Positions 25,901-39,756 are shown, counted from the first letter of the stretch. The stretch is 64,000 bases of DNA from Tubulanus polymorphus (GCF_964204645.1 NC_134036.1:5734600-5798599), one strand, 5' to 3'. Program-made: numbers and translations. The notes: generated from the letters alone by a model not told the origin.

Positions 25901-26591
25901 CGATCGATGTCGATAACGCTGCTGTCGCGCGACAGCCGGAGACTAATGCGGGTGTCCAGGTTCCGATCTAGGGGCCAGTGGGTCAATCATATGGCTTAGA
26001 TTTCAGACTAGTCTAAGGGCAACTCAGTTTTACAGCCAATCCTACATTCTAAAACCGGTCTTAATTTTTTTTTTAATGTGACCGTTTTCGGATGGCTGTG
26101 CAACTGGGCCCTGGGCTTGTTTTAGATAGCTGTGTGCGCATCCCGAAAGCAAACTTGAAATTCCCAGAGCATTCCCTACAGAAATACATCAATTTTGATT
26201 AATTGTCGGCAATACGAAAATGGGTACTCGACTAATTCGATGGACCTAGACAAGCCCCTCTACCCCCACCCCCTGTGTCTATTGGCCTGGTGTAGTCGGT
26301 TTTGGTTGCTGGACTTCAGCGCACTGTATTACTTTTGGACTGTCATATTCTCGCATTTGGTCACATTGCCCGGCTTTCATATCGCATGTTTGGCATGCCA
26401 CGAAGAGCTACGGATTCGTAGGCTTAATCAATACATTTTTCGCTATATATTGGTTAGATTTTGTGAATATCATTCTTTTTTCGTTGAGAAAAAATGCTCG
26501 AGTACAAAAAGCAAACGTGCTTCATTATAACATCTAAATCCTACTATATTTGAAAACGTTCAGTGCTATTTCCTTTGTCTTTGCCTTTTCC

Positions 26592-29500
26592 TTAGCCTCT
26601 GCCTCTGCCTCTACGTTTTCCTTTTCCATCACCCTTGCCATTACCCTTGCCTTTGCCATTTCCCTGACCTTCGTCGTCAGAATTGCCGGCGTTCGTTCCG
26701 CGGTTGCGGTTTCGTCGGTTAGCGAGCCGCGCCTCCCGCACTTTCTTGTAGTGTGCCTTCAAGCTGTTGCGCATTTCGTCACCTGCGTCGAACGATAAAA
26801 TTGAAAAGAGAAAAAGATGATAAATGCGCAAATGATTTTAACGAAATAAAACAAGCAAACAAATATTCGCGAACAAATATTCGCGATGCTGCGCCTCTGC
26901 ATTTGTGGAATAAGTTAAACTGAAATATCTAAAATGAAGTAACTCAAAAGTTCACTTTTAAAACGATATAACCCTGCGACGTAGGGGAACACACGGACGA
27001 TAGTTGTAGAGTATTGTGAATATTTTCCGCCTTCAGTGCCATGAGCGGCGGGCATTAACGCACGATACAGACGAAAATCAAGTTCCTAACGCATAACGGT
27101 TGGAATACCTGTCTCGAGGGTTCATTTGAAATTGTACGCAGCATTTGTTTACGAGCGTTTGTTTGCGCACATTTCAGGAAAAAATGTATTTCCAAAATCA
27201 TATATCGTCGTTTCCCCGCATCGTTAGCGTTTGACTGACTCGTAAATATATTTTAGGACTGGTTTATTGGTTTATGCACCAGGGTTAATCTCCGGTGAAA
27301 GATGGCAAATCCTATGAAAACTCTGTTAGATATAGTAACTAGCGATACACCGCACCTCCGTGTATTTACACCTGTCACTCGATACGCCGAGGTGGAATTT
27401 TCAAACCATCTCCAGCGACTAAGGGCATTTTATTGATAAGATAGCGCTGGACCCAGTTGCATAATCGCGGCTTAAACTTAAGACCAGTTAAGACCAAATT
27501 GGTTGTATTATATAGCCAATCTAACAACTCGAGACCAGTGTTAAGATTTGAGACCACTTTTATGGACTAGAGTCGCCACTGCGTGCAACTGGGCCCAGTG
27601 GATGAATGCAGCAGTGAACCGCGCACTCAGTTCGTGTATACTCACACGATCCTACGGTGACGTCATCGTCGCCTTCTTCGATGTCGCTTTCGGGGTCGTC
27701 GTTCAATTCGAGGTGGCAAGCTTCGACCTTGGCCGGCAACCTTCGAATTATCGATATAAACATGCCTCAATGATTAACTAGTTCCTTAGAGGAATACGTC
27801 CCGAGCGCTATAGATAAGGAAAGTACTTACTCGATGCAGAAAGATTGGCACGATTCCAAACTCGGGAAAATGTTGTCGTTTCGTTTCGGCCGTCCGCACC
27901 CTTTGTACTCGAACGATGAGCATGCGCCTGAGTCGGAGAAATATCTAGTGGCCGGTTTCGGCCTCTTGCACGAGTCGGTGCCTTCGAATCTATCTGCCTC
28001 ACATTTCCTAAAGATAGAATCAAGGCGAATAATTTCAACACTAAACATTGAGGTAAGCTGGATAAAACTGGGAACCGATCGTGCATGTTCTACTCGCTGG
28101 TCAGCATTGAGGATAGGGGTTCACCGAGATATAATTGCGTTTGTTCTCCTCGCTGCTGTTCTCCTGCTGTAGCTGTGTGGAGAGGGGTTCACCGAGAACC
28201 TACTGCGTCTGTTCTACTCGCCGCTCCCGCTACAGCTGTGAGGAGAGGGGGTTCACCGAGAACCTACTGCGTCTGTTCTACTCGCCGCTCCCGCTACAGC
28301 TGTGTGGAGAGGGGTTCACCGAGAACTTATTTCGACTGTTCTAGGAGTAGTCAAATGATTACTCCAAGGTCTGTTCTACTCGCTGCTCTCCCGATACAGC
28401 TGTGAGAAGAGGGGGTTCACCGAGAACCTATTGCGTCTGTTCCAATCACCGCTACAGCTGTGTGGAGTGGGGGTTCAACGAGAACCTATTGCGTCTGTTC
28501 CAATCACCGCTACAGCTGTGAGGAGTGGGGGTTCAACGAGAACCTATTGCGAGTGTTCAACTCACCGCTCTACGCCGAGAGATATAGGACACGGGGAATG
28601 TATATTTTTTTCAAAACTAACACATACGTTTTGATGAATCCGCGCAAGCCGTTGACGCGGTTCTTGCGACGCATTTCGGCGACCTTCTTGTAGTGCTCTT
28701 TCAAGCTTTGCTTCAGCTGTTCACCTGAAAACAGCATTAGACACTGAAGATGACACTTTCATCCCAGTGCCAGATCAAAGCCGAATGGAACAGATCGTCG
28801 AAAGATGGCGCTTTAATAACGACACAAAACTGAGATCCTTTTTTTCCAATTCCGTGAATTTCAATTGAAATTCGATGAATATCAACATCTTTTCGATAAG
28901 GAACGTTCAGATGGGATTAAGAACGCGCGCGTGTGTGCACTACGTCATAAAAAATGGGGCTATACCGGTTACCGGTCGGGTCGATTGATAGTTCTATACA
29001 TGATATTCGAATTCAAAAGTGCGGCTTATTTCATCCTCACTATACCATAGCGTTCGTGGTTATTCATTTTCGACAATATTAAGCAAGTATAAACATCATT
29101 TTTCAGCGCATCCCGAAACCTACCAAATCAATGCCATCACACGCCCAAAATATAAAGTAAAATAATAATAATAATAGTAACAATAATAATAAAACGAAAA
29201 TAGAAATGATAATAATGTTAAAGATGATAATCGTAATAGTTTTAACAAGCGCCGTTTTGATACTCACACGACCCGACTGTGACGTCATCGTTGTCCGCAT
29301 CTACGTCATCTTCGGTGTCGTCTGACAACTCAAGTTGGCAAGCTGCGATCTTAGCCGGCAATCTGCATTAAATCGAGATTTTAAATCAAAACAGGGGTTC
29401 ATATCATCGGGAAAGATGCATGCCCCACCCCCAAAGCAGAAACTTCGTTGAACCTCGCGGCATTGTGAGACTCTGCCATGTTCAAAACCTCGGCAGTGAT

Positions 29501-32500
29501 TCGAACCTGATGGCATCGCGAGACTCTGCCACGTTCCTCCCTTGCAGGGATTCGAACCCGATGGCATCTAGCGAGCGACTCCACTGCGTTCCTCACGAAA
29601 GATAAAAAATACTCTACTTACTCGATACAGAAAGACTGGCACAGTGCCAAACTTTGGAAAATATTGTCGCGCCGTTTCGGTTTACCGCATCCTTTGTATT
29701 CGAACGATGAGCATTCTCCGGATTGCTCCGAGTCGAAGTAGAATCTGGTGTCGGGTTTTGGATTTGGGCACGAGTCCAGACCTTCGAATTTGGCCGCCTT
29801 GCATCTCCTGAAATTTATCGACCATCAAAAAATCGTTATTGAAGATTTCTCATGGACCTATATCTGCCCGAACTATACGAGCGAATTGCTCATCGGCCTG
29901 ATGGAAATCTTTGCTTTCTTCTCACGAAAGACTTGAAGGAAAGGAAGGACCTCTTTGACCCAGCCGGTGGCAATGTCACGTTTGGCGTGACGAGGAAAAT
30001 CTTGAGGTAGCGGCAATGTCTCGAAATCCGTGACTGACCTACTAACTTATTGACCGCTAGATGGCGAAGGTGGCTGCTCTAACTGCACTATGGCATGCTC
30101 TAAAGCAGTCTTATTCGTTGAAAAGCCAAAACACTGATAGGTGGCGTTGCTTTTTTGGAAATACTTTTTCCAGAAAAATTGCAAAAAAAACCGTAAAATG
30201 TGAAGAAAATTATCTTTTTAATTCGCCACTAAAAGGGTTGAAGCAACAGTTAGTTTATGCACGAAATCAAAACTTGAAAATAGCGAAAAAGTAATATAGG
30301 AAACCCCTGACGTCTAGAATAGAAATCCCTGACGCCCGATACGTACTCTGAAATGAATCCGTGCATGCGCCCGAGACGTTCGAGTCGAACCTTTTCGCGA
30401 TGCGCCTTCAAACTGGCCTTCATCTCGTCACCTGTCGAAATAAACAAAAGGAACCCATTTACGGCGTTCATATCTGTATTCAAGTAATGAGTTTAATTCT
30501 TGAGAGCGTTTGCCCGGTTCTACAGTTAACCCCGACGTACTCGGCAAAACATTTGTTTCGCCGAGACAGAAAACACGTACTATTACAGAAAACGATTTTT
30601 CTCCTGAAAAACATTTTCAGTTCGGCTTTTTTGTTTTGCCTCCGCCGCACACGACGCATAACCAAAAAACATCGAAAAAGTTTTTTTCACGAGGATCAAA
30701 CGTTTTTCTTTCGGTGCCGTGTGCGTTGGGCTTAAGCTTTTACAAAACTATTTCAGCTGAGCTCACCGCCGGTGAGTGCAAGTATTTCGCGGTATCTTCC
30801 GTACTATAACAAATACTCACACGATCCGACTGTGACGTCATCTGTGCCTGTTTCTACGTCATCTTCGGTGTCGTCGGACATTTCGATTTTGCAAGCTTCG
30901 ATCTTTGCCGGCAATCTGTATGAATTGAAAGGAACATTTCGAACAGTACGTCAAGTGCGTTGAAAAACACATATGCTCGTTGGTTTCCATAGACAAGTGG
31001 CTGTCCAATATCAATAGTTGACAAAATCCCGCAATAAAAAGAAAAACTACCTGGTAGTTTGACGTTTCAACTCAAATCTATGAGCCATTTCCAAAAACAG
31101 TTTTTGAAAATGGCTCATAGATTTGAGTTGAAACTTCAAGCTACCAGATAGTTTTTCTTTTTATTGTGGGTTTTTGTCAAACTACATATGCTCGTATTCC
31201 GCAAAGAGTATAACTTATCAAGCTGCACCTGTTGGCGTCGCGGGGCTCTACACCACACTCCCCTCCCTCTCGTAGATATCTGAACCTTAATGCTTCGCGA
31301 GACCCTATACCACGTTCCTCCCTCGCATGGATCTGGACCTGATAACATCGTGAGAATCTGCCACGTTCATCCCTGACGGGGATTCGAACCTGATGGCATT
31401 GTGAGACCTAGCCACGTTCATCCCTCACAGGGATTCGAACCTGATGGCATTCTGATGGCATCTGCCACGTTCCCCCTCCATAGATATTTGAACATGATAG
31501 CATCACGAGATTCTGCCAAGTTCCTCCCTCGCAGGGATCTGGACCCGATAACATCGTGAGACTTAGCCACGTTCTTCCCTCACTGGGATTCGAACCTGAT
31601 GGCATTCTGATGGCATCTGCCACGTTCCCCCTCCATAGATATTTGAACATGATAGCATCACGAGATTCTGCCAAGTTCCTCCCTCGCAGGGATCTGGACC
31701 CGATAACATCGTGAGACTTAGCCACGTTCTTCCCTCACTGGGATTCGAACCTGATGGCATCGCGAGACTCTGCCACGTTCTTCCCTCTCGCAGGGTTTCA
31801 TCTCCACCAATTCCCGCCCCAGCTCGGGCCCTGTCCACACCCCGGATTAAGAATCTGATCTGACTCTACTCACTCGATACAGAGGGACTGGCACAATTCC
31901 AGACTGTGGAAAATGTTGTCGTTTCGTTTCGGTCGGCCACATCCTTTGTACTCGAACGGCAAGCACTCTTCGTTGTCAGAGTCGTAGTAATATTTGTCTG
32001 CCGGTCTCGGGTTCTTGCACGAGTCGGTACCTTCGAATTTAGCCGCCTCGCATTTCCTGAAATCATGCGATGCGTAATTGAGTAATTATAGAGAACAACT
32101 AAGGACTTGACCAAAAAAAACATGATATAAACGCCGTCGTATAGGGAAATATTTACGAATCGTAACTTTACCGGATGAAGTATCTAGATCGGCGCTATAA
32201 GCTTAGCGTGGCTAATCGAAATATTAAACCCGAATTTTTTTTTGTTTTCAAGATTTTGAAATTAAATGGCTGATAATAGAATCGAGTTGAAACGTCGGAC
32301 TATCTTTCAGTTTTTTTTTTGTTCCTCTTACTCTGGGTTTATCTTATGCATCGATTACTTTGGTAAGTGGTTTGCATCGGGACTGACGCTTTTCCTTATT
32401 GACCGGTGACGTGAACAACGTCTGCTTCGTCGCCTATGCTCATTGGTCGATTTCGTGCAAAGGCCGAATACAACATCGCCAGCCTACCAGTATTTCTTAG

Positions 32501-35500
32501 CGACAACCGACACCAACGCGGTTGTGTAAAGCCGGCAGCGAACGTTTCAAAAAGACGTCGATAATTCAACGATCGACAATGATAATACGTATGGAGAAAT
32601 TTCGCCATTTCACGATTTTGCGAAAGGCGTTAGAAAAACTAACCGTTTGATGAAGCCGTGAAGGCGCTTGACTTTACCGCCGCCCTTGTTATCCGATCCT
32701 CTCCTCGCCGCTGCGATGACCGCAAACAGCGCCACCTGTGTGCAAACAAAAAGAACACGTACCGGGTGATTGCCTGTCGTGATGGTAATTGTATACGGCG
32801 CAGGTATATTTCATTATCGTGACGATTATGCAGTTATAAAGGTATTCTTAACAAACCTACATCCATGAACAGGCTTAAATCATTAAAAAAAATGATTAGA
32901 TATACCCGATATGCTCGCAGGATTCCCGTCTTCGACGGGTTGGTTGATGGAGAGACATTTTAAATAACCAGTCCGCTTAAGCCAATTCTTAAAGGAGTTT
33001 TGTCACTACGGCTGCACTCAGTTATACTGTACTCTTTTCTGTGTGTTGAACCATGCTTACAGAAGTGCCTTAACATTCCCTCGTATCTAAGGCATCTACG
33101 AAATTTTTACGCCGCTCTCGTTTGAGGCACATATTGTTATCATCAATGCCGTTACGGTTAACATTGGCATTGTGGATTCCGCTCTTAATCTAATTAAGTA
33201 AACTACGACTCATTTGGAGCGAATTCGAATGACAAAAAAAATTTGTAAAAGAAACTGGTCCCGTCGAATTTGCGTATACCCATTTGTTTAGTTTTTTTCT
33301 TTATTCGTCTCGCTAACTTTGCTCGATAATTATTTCTATTTCGTCGCGCCGTGAATGAACGATTGCTTTCGAGCGAGCCGCCGAAAACGCCCCCTTTGTT
33401 TGTTTTTTCTTACCGACGCCACACTGCGTGACCCTCTCGACGCTAGAATAAGAATCGAATGTTTCGACTGTATAATTCGGTGTCTAACCGTGAGAAAATA
33501 AAAAACCGTACGCGTACGTGTCAATCACACGAGACCGATCATTATGTATTGTATCGTTCGAAAGATATGTGCGTTGATAGAATGTCTAGTGTTTGTAGGA
33601 CATTTCAACGACGAATGCCTCGATTCCTGACGCACGTGAAGTGCGAATGATCAGTTATTTCGATTGCTCTCAGGTCCGGTGTTTGTAGTTCGTTTTCGGT
33701 TGAAAATGTGTCTCAGGCGAAGCACCGAACACACCTGAATTGCGGACGATCAGTTCGTTTTTTAATTTCTAAAGTGTATTGGTCGAATTTTAGATGTCTA
33801 GCGTTCGTAGTTCGCTTTCAATGACAAATGCCTCAGTTCCGAACACACGTGAAGTGCGGACGATCAGTTTTTTTAAACTTAAAGTTTGATGATTAAGTGC
33901 CTAATATCCGGAGTTGAGTTTTTAATTAATTTGCAATGAAAATTGTCTAAGTTCCAAACACGCGTGAATTGCGCACGATCAGTTTTTTTTAACTAGTAAA
34001 AGTGTGTTGATAAAGTGTCCAATGTCCTAAGTTTTTGATTAATTTACTTTTAAAAATGTCTAAGTTCCAAACACGCGTGAACTGCGCACGATCAGTTTTT
34101 TAAACTAAAAATTTGATGATTAAGTGTCCAATGTTCAGAGGTTTTAAATCAATTTACTATTAGAAATTGTTAAGTTCCAAACACGCGTGAAGTGCGCACG
34201 ATCAGTTCTTTTTAAACTAAACTGCGATGATAAAATGCCTAATATCCGGTGTTTGTAGTTTACTTAGATTTACAGATAGTTTTAAGTAAACAAAAAAAAA
34301 ACAAAACTTCAAAAACAACTTCATACCAGCAGAATATATTCATAGCTTGGCGCGGTATTTCGACGATCGCGGTCAAGGGCTGTCCCGAGCGAGCCCTGCA
34401 ACAAATACTCACACAAATGTTTATAAGCCTATCGAATGTGACATGTTTGCAATACGCGAAAAATGGTACTTACCCTCTTAATATAGAATTAGGAAGGTAT
34501 AGAAGTTTGCCCCCAGCATTGCGTGTCTGTAGTATGTGTAATGAAAATGAAACAGAATCCGAACTACATTTTCTTTGTGAATGTAACGCATATCATGATT
34601 TAAGAAATGACCTATACCAAAAAATTGAAGTTGTACTAACTCTTGATATAACTTCCCTTTCGAGTACCGAGGTATTAATTCAAATTCTATCGAATTGCAA
34701 AATAATTAAAAAAGATTTTTACATGACTGAAAACTAGAGATTTATGCGGTTTGAATGTTGCTGAAACTGTCAAAATCCATCCATGGACAGATGAAATATG
34801 ATACAACACGCATCACGGATAGTTTTTAAAAAAGAGAAAAAAATGACCCAACAATACGGGACAAAAGTACCCTAACAAAATGGCGGCAAGCAACTGTAAA
34901 ATGGTTTATTGTATGAAAATTTGTGTCTTGTAAGCCTTTTATAGGTTGGCTTTACTTGTAAAGATGACACTTTAATTAATAAACTATATATGTATACCCG
35001 CGCCCGACCCTTGATCGGCGTCCCGCGCGCGTCTTTTCAACCACGTACGTTCACTTCATGGGACTCTCTTAGAAAAATATTTAGCTGCCCTCATAATAAT
35101 CAGAATCTTGAGTTGAGGCGCTGTTTTCAATGTCAAATTATATTCGTATTTGGTGCAAACTTCAGCAATAATTAACGATATCAGGCGAGCGGACCCGTTA
35201 CTTCATCGACGCGTATATATGCTGTTGATAAGATCCTATCCCACAATGTTCAATTATGTAAAAGGCTTTGATCTCATATGTTTTACCACGCGCTGTATGC
35301 GAATTGAAAAATAACGAAGATTAAACTCTCTGTATTGTGTTTAGCTTCCGCACAGGCGTTGAGGGTTTTGTCGGGGAAACCAAATCGAAATAAATACGAA
35401 CTTCCTTATAGTCAACTCGCGCAAGACCCAACAAAAATACCGACTATTCTTTAAACCCCGATGTCGGTGTAGTCTCCGTTACTGATTCATTCGTTTATTG

Positions 35501-36233
35501 GAAAAAAATAGTTCAATCGAAGTTCAAACCCAGGTTTGATTAGAACGGGAAAGAAATCGCACGCGGGAGACCGACTGTCTACTAGCGACACCTGTCGGAT
35601 CCTCGCTTGCCGTACGTGGAATCCTCGATTGCCACAGTACCGTTATTATCGTTCGCATCGTCTTGCAGTGTTGTTTTGTAAATATTTGTATATTACATTT
35701 GTGATAGTTTTCCTCCATATACCATGGAAATGGTTGGAGTGTAAATAAAATCGTAATAGTAATCGTAATCGTAGTCATAGATTTTCAAAGGGAATCGTCT
35801 ACAATACAGTGCGCACCAGAAAAATTGTTCCTCCGAAATGATTGAATACTTATAGTTCAATGTGTATTGATAAATAAATTTTTTTGTAGTTGATTAGTAA
35901 TCAGGATTTCTTGTCTCGGTTCATTTAGACCACGCCAGGCTGATTTTTAAAGATTTATTACGTAGCGACCTATTTTACTTCAAAACGAAACCCTAATTTG
36001 AAAAAAAACACGCCCTATCTAATGTACAAATCTACTTCGCACGAAAAACTTATGGATTTTGAATACATTTTTGTCAGTATGAACGCATTCGCGCATATTG
36101 TTCGACGGTTGCCGCCAGAAAAACGAGCGATTTCTTGTTTTCTGTTGCGCGCGAAACCGGCGAAATGAATGATAATCGTATAACATTATAATCGAATCGT
36201 ACTTACCGCGACGAATATGTGCGTGAATTTCAT
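26592..36233 (-). CDS. Secreted triple-Kunitz protein with acidic/basic linkers and Gly/Lys/Arg-rich tail, 440 aa
   Basis: 11 exons: 36233-36207, 32735-32644, 32056-31874 (K1), 30915-30821, 30431-30347, 29807-29622 (K2), 29362-29268, 28724-28628, 28007-27831 (K3), 27740-27646, 26782-26592. Total 1323 nt, all GT-AG with consistent phases. Signal MKFTHIFVAVALFAVIAAA. Each Kunitz domain has 6 Cys, FEYKGCG and NIF..L..CQS.C. Confidence 0.88.
28085..28580. repeat. ~63-66 bp minisatellite (GGGGTTCACCGAGAACCTATTGCGTCTGTTCTACTCGC...) in a Kunitz intron
   Basis: About 7 diverged tandem units. Same family at 49910-50450 and 55855-56165. Confidence 0.9.
31280..31795 (-). repeat. ~51-bp tandem repeat containing a Pol III B-box-like motif
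   Basis: Reverse complement of the CATCAGGTTCGAATCCCTGCGAGGGAGGAACGTGGCAGAG family. A short array also lies at ~29455-29570. Confidence 0.85.
33620..34260. repeat. ~120-bp degenerate tandem repeat (AACACGCGTGAAGTGCGCACGATCAGTTTT...)
   Basis: About 5-6 diverged units. Related fragments at ~24030-24150 and ~43430-43700. Confidence 0.75.
34455..34985 (+). mobile_element. 5'-truncated non-LTR retrotransposon (ORF2 C-terminal CCHC region)
   Basis: PLNIELGRY...RVCSMCNENETESELHFLCECNAYHDLRNDL is a typical LINE ORF2 C-terminus, and it ends in AATAAA. It is interrupted by another repeat (~34736-34900) that also occurs reversed at ~46065-46260. Confidence 0.75.
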
Positions 36234-36294
36234 TTTCGGTCGTTTGCTGCGTGCTCGTTATAGACACTTTGAGGCGTCGGCCGATTTTCGACCG

Positions 36295-36303
36295 CTTATA
36301 AAC
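36295..36303 (-). promoter_or_regulatory. Putative TATA-like box of the Kunitz gene
   Basis: TTTATAAG on the minus strand, ~65 nt upstream of the ATG at 36233. Confidence 0.35.
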
Positions 36304-36764
36304 AGCGAGGGGAAACAAAAACGTCACGCGCCGCGGCCGCGACTTGGCGCGCGGATCGAGACTACCCCGAGGGCGCGTTACAGAAATCGACCCGCCGCTC
36401 GCGTTACAGAAATCGACCCTAGCGATCACGGGACTCGAATTCGAAAAAAGCGAATACAATGAGACCGTGATTTTTTTTCTAATTGAGCGTCGTGATCGTA
36501 AAGCCCCCGAATCGCATGAAATAATCCGCTTTTCTTCAATGGGTTTCTCGATTTTCGTGTAGCGGTCATGGGACTGGTTATTCATAGTTCCAATTCCTAG
36601 TAATTCGAGCGCATATCTATTATGGTCACAACGCGCGCCGATTCACCAATAGTTTCTATTATGAGTAATTATCCCGTCGTCGTCGCGAACTTGTTTTTGC
36701 AAAGAAGTTTTCCGATATTTCAATCTTGTTGATTTCTAAATGAGGAACTTTTGTCGAGAGAAAT

Positions 36765-36975
36765 CCAACAGTGAATCAGTTAAGGATGAAAAATTCTTGA
36801 ATAGAAGTGATTTATTTTGAACAAAGTTTCGGCTAAACACTATTAGCCGTCACCAGGCTGTACATCATCATTATCATCATGTACGCCTGATGATGGCTAA
36901 TAGTTTTTAGCCAAAACTTTGCTCGAAATAAATCACTTCTATTCAATAATCTTTCATCTTTGACTGAATCATTGT
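36765..36975. mobile_element. Degenerate palindromic Penelope-like/hammerhead remnant
   Basis: Inverted arms with CTGATGATGGCTAATAGTTTTTAGCCAAAAC (GAAA core mutated). Confidence 0.55.
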
Positions 36976-37382
36976 TACTCTCGTCATAATATTACACCTG
37001 ACACGGATAGTGCGTATCACCTCGACTCGAGGCCTCTGTCCTTCGTACTCAAATAAACCGTTTTACAGTTGCTAGCCGCCATTTTGTTAGGGTAGTTTCG
37101 GGTACTCAACTTTAAAAGAGAAGATGATTGGATTCGTTATATTAAAATTAAGTTCCGGAAATCGAAAAAATTCCAGGACATTGAATTCTAGTGAGATGTT
37201 GCGTGTACGTATATCAAGGATGCCTTTTGATATAGGGGCCGGGCCATATCTGACTAAAATACAATGTCCTGGAATTTTCCCGATGTCCGGAACTTAGTTT
37301 GGGATTGAAAGGGACGTAGTCGCCAATAGTAGTAGCTTTCCCTACTGAAATAACTCGAATAACGTCGAATTTTAAACCGAGT

Positions 37383-37633
37383 TCAAGCGCACTGACAGTT
37401 GAATACTACGGCGATCGGGCTGCCAGGCTGCATTTCGTTGGTTTCACCGTCGACTGCCACGCCCTCGCTCAACTGCGTCATCGGACCCTTCTTGTCACCA
37501 GACCGCATTTCCACGCGCCCCAGTCGGCCTCGACGTCGCCGGTGCCCATCACGTTCTTTCTGAACGCCTGCTCGCAGTCGCCGTTCGCCGCGGTCGGGTT
37601 GGCGTCAACATACAAGAGAACGACTTTCACTTT
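37383..37633 (-). pseudogene. Orphan frameshifted copy of the CUB-like terminal exon
   Basis: Acceptor then KVKVVLLYVDANPTAANGDCEQAFRKNVMGTGDVEADWGAWKC. An 8-nt insertion shifts the frame, after which it reads DKKGPM...NEMQ...FNCQCA*. It is homologous to 41039-40758 with an internal deletion. No upstream exons were found. Confidence 0.8.
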
Positions 37634-38267
37634 CTATACTTAAAGATATGCAAATCATGATCGATACATTCGTGCTTACACACACTTATCTATCGGGGGT
37701 TTTATCACTATTAGGGGTGTTCACCGTAGCGAGGGTTATAGGTTACGATGCAACGTGGAGCGACATCTAGTATTTGAATTATGACTGAAATACACTTTCA
37801 ATTTTCGACAAGTTATCTCAGATTAAAGGGTATTTACTCCCGTGTTGGTTGTCGATTGTGATTGGACGTGTGTTTCATGATCGATCGCTACCTCGAGAAG
37901 AGAAAAATGATGACGATGATAACAATGCTCTTGCGAATAACAAAAGGTTTACTTCCAAAAGTGCTAGAACCCTAGCTTTTACAATAAATGGATTTATCAT
38001 TATTATTATTTGCTTTATTTCCTGTAAATCATAACAATATATGAATTTAAAGAGTTACAAAATGGAAATGACAAATCACATAATTTAAATATGTATTCAT
38101 AAGTTGTTATGATATAACAGGAAGCAACGCTTGTATCATATATCACCCTTGAATGTTACAAAACGAAAAGAAAAAAAAAGAAACCGGCAAGGGAATAGAA
38201 AACTAAACAAAAATCAAAATTATAATGAATTAAGTCGTCATAAACAGAACACGCATATTTCAGATGG

Positions 38268-38485
<218 letters not shown>

Positions 38486-38807
38486 AAATACATATTAATC
38501 AAGGCGTGCAACTGAAGTAATTGAATCGGAGTTTTTGTTAATACTTTTGCTGAGGAGTAGTCGATGTCAAGAGTCATACGCGGAACTGCGATCAACGAAT
38601 GACGTTCATATTGAACATCTTGAAAATATGCACAGACGAATCGGAAACAGTTAATAAACCCGATTGTTGATTTTTTCATACTCGCAGTTTTATTGAATCT
38701 AAATATACATCGAGATTCGACGTGTGAGTTACGAATATAAATTCAATTCGAGCTTTTTTTCTTGACGTACACACGACCTAGACGTACGGTCAGCAATCTG
38801 ACAACGA

Positions 38808-39360
38808 TTAGGAACAAACGCCGCCTTTGCACGTGCCGCTGCAACAGCCGCTAGTCCTGGCACAAAATCCATGCTTTCGCATGCAACCTACATTTCGAAA
38901 AAAAAATCATTCAATTGAAAATGGAGGAAAAAGGCAATCTGAAGTGAAACGTTTTTTTCTACGTAAATCGAACGAATAATTGAACCCTCGGCCCCGGGTG
39001 TAGGACAGGCGACTATCCCGACGATGATGCATGCCCCCTCTCTGATTCGCGATACGAACTTATCTAGAGGAGTGTAGGATGTTCGTGCAGATAAGAATAA
39101 TATAATTAATCACGTCAGTTAAGTTATTTTTTGTGAGGAGATAGGCAGGAAATATCATCTCTCAAACGCAATTCATCGAATCGATTGGTCAAATCGATGA
39201 ACACAAAATTTAACGATAATTTCGATTTCAATTATATTATTCATGAAATCCCATGATTATTGCTTATTATTTCCATTCGTTACTCACCTTCTACACATGA
39301 CGCGGCACTGACCACAATCACAACAATCGCACATGCGCGAGGTATCAAATATGCAAGCAT
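38808..39360 (-). CDS. Secreted ICK toxin-like peptide 2, 50 aa: MLAYLIPRACAIVVIVVSAASCVE-GCMRKHGFCARTSGCCSGTCKGGVCS
   Basis: Exon 39360-39288 (donor G|GTGAGT) and exon 38887-38808 (acceptor ATGTAG, phase 1). Same exon-1 length and Cys spacing as peptide 1. AATAAA at 38694-38689. Confidence 0.85.
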
Positions 39361-39756
39361 TTTTTGCGCCTAGAATTTGAATTAAATACATGAGGAATTT
39401 TCTATTTTCGGAAGTCCCGAATTGAGAGTATTTAATTGTCATCAAAAGGCTCTCAGGCAAAAAAACGCCTGTCAGACAATGGTACCAGGTTCAGAATCAT
39501 GCTGCTTCCGGGAAAAAGAATACGTAAAGTTCGAAGCACCGATAACGGGCTTTCTGCGTTAACTTTCTCCGACGGAATGGGGGCTGGTGGCGCAAAGTGT
39601 GGGGCGGCCACGTCGCCCGCATTTGTCATCATAGAAACTCGGAAACAAGTTACCGTCACTCGTTCCCGTTTTTGCTCATTAAATGTCTGTATAGACATTT
39701 ACTCACTGTTATTTTTTACTTGTTCACGTGAGTCAAACCATAACATACATATATAA

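Noticed and set aside
32172-32183. 12-nt microexon in the Kunitz gene
   Set aside because: Phase-incompatible; exon 2 extended to the donor at 32643 joins Kunitz 1 in frame without it.
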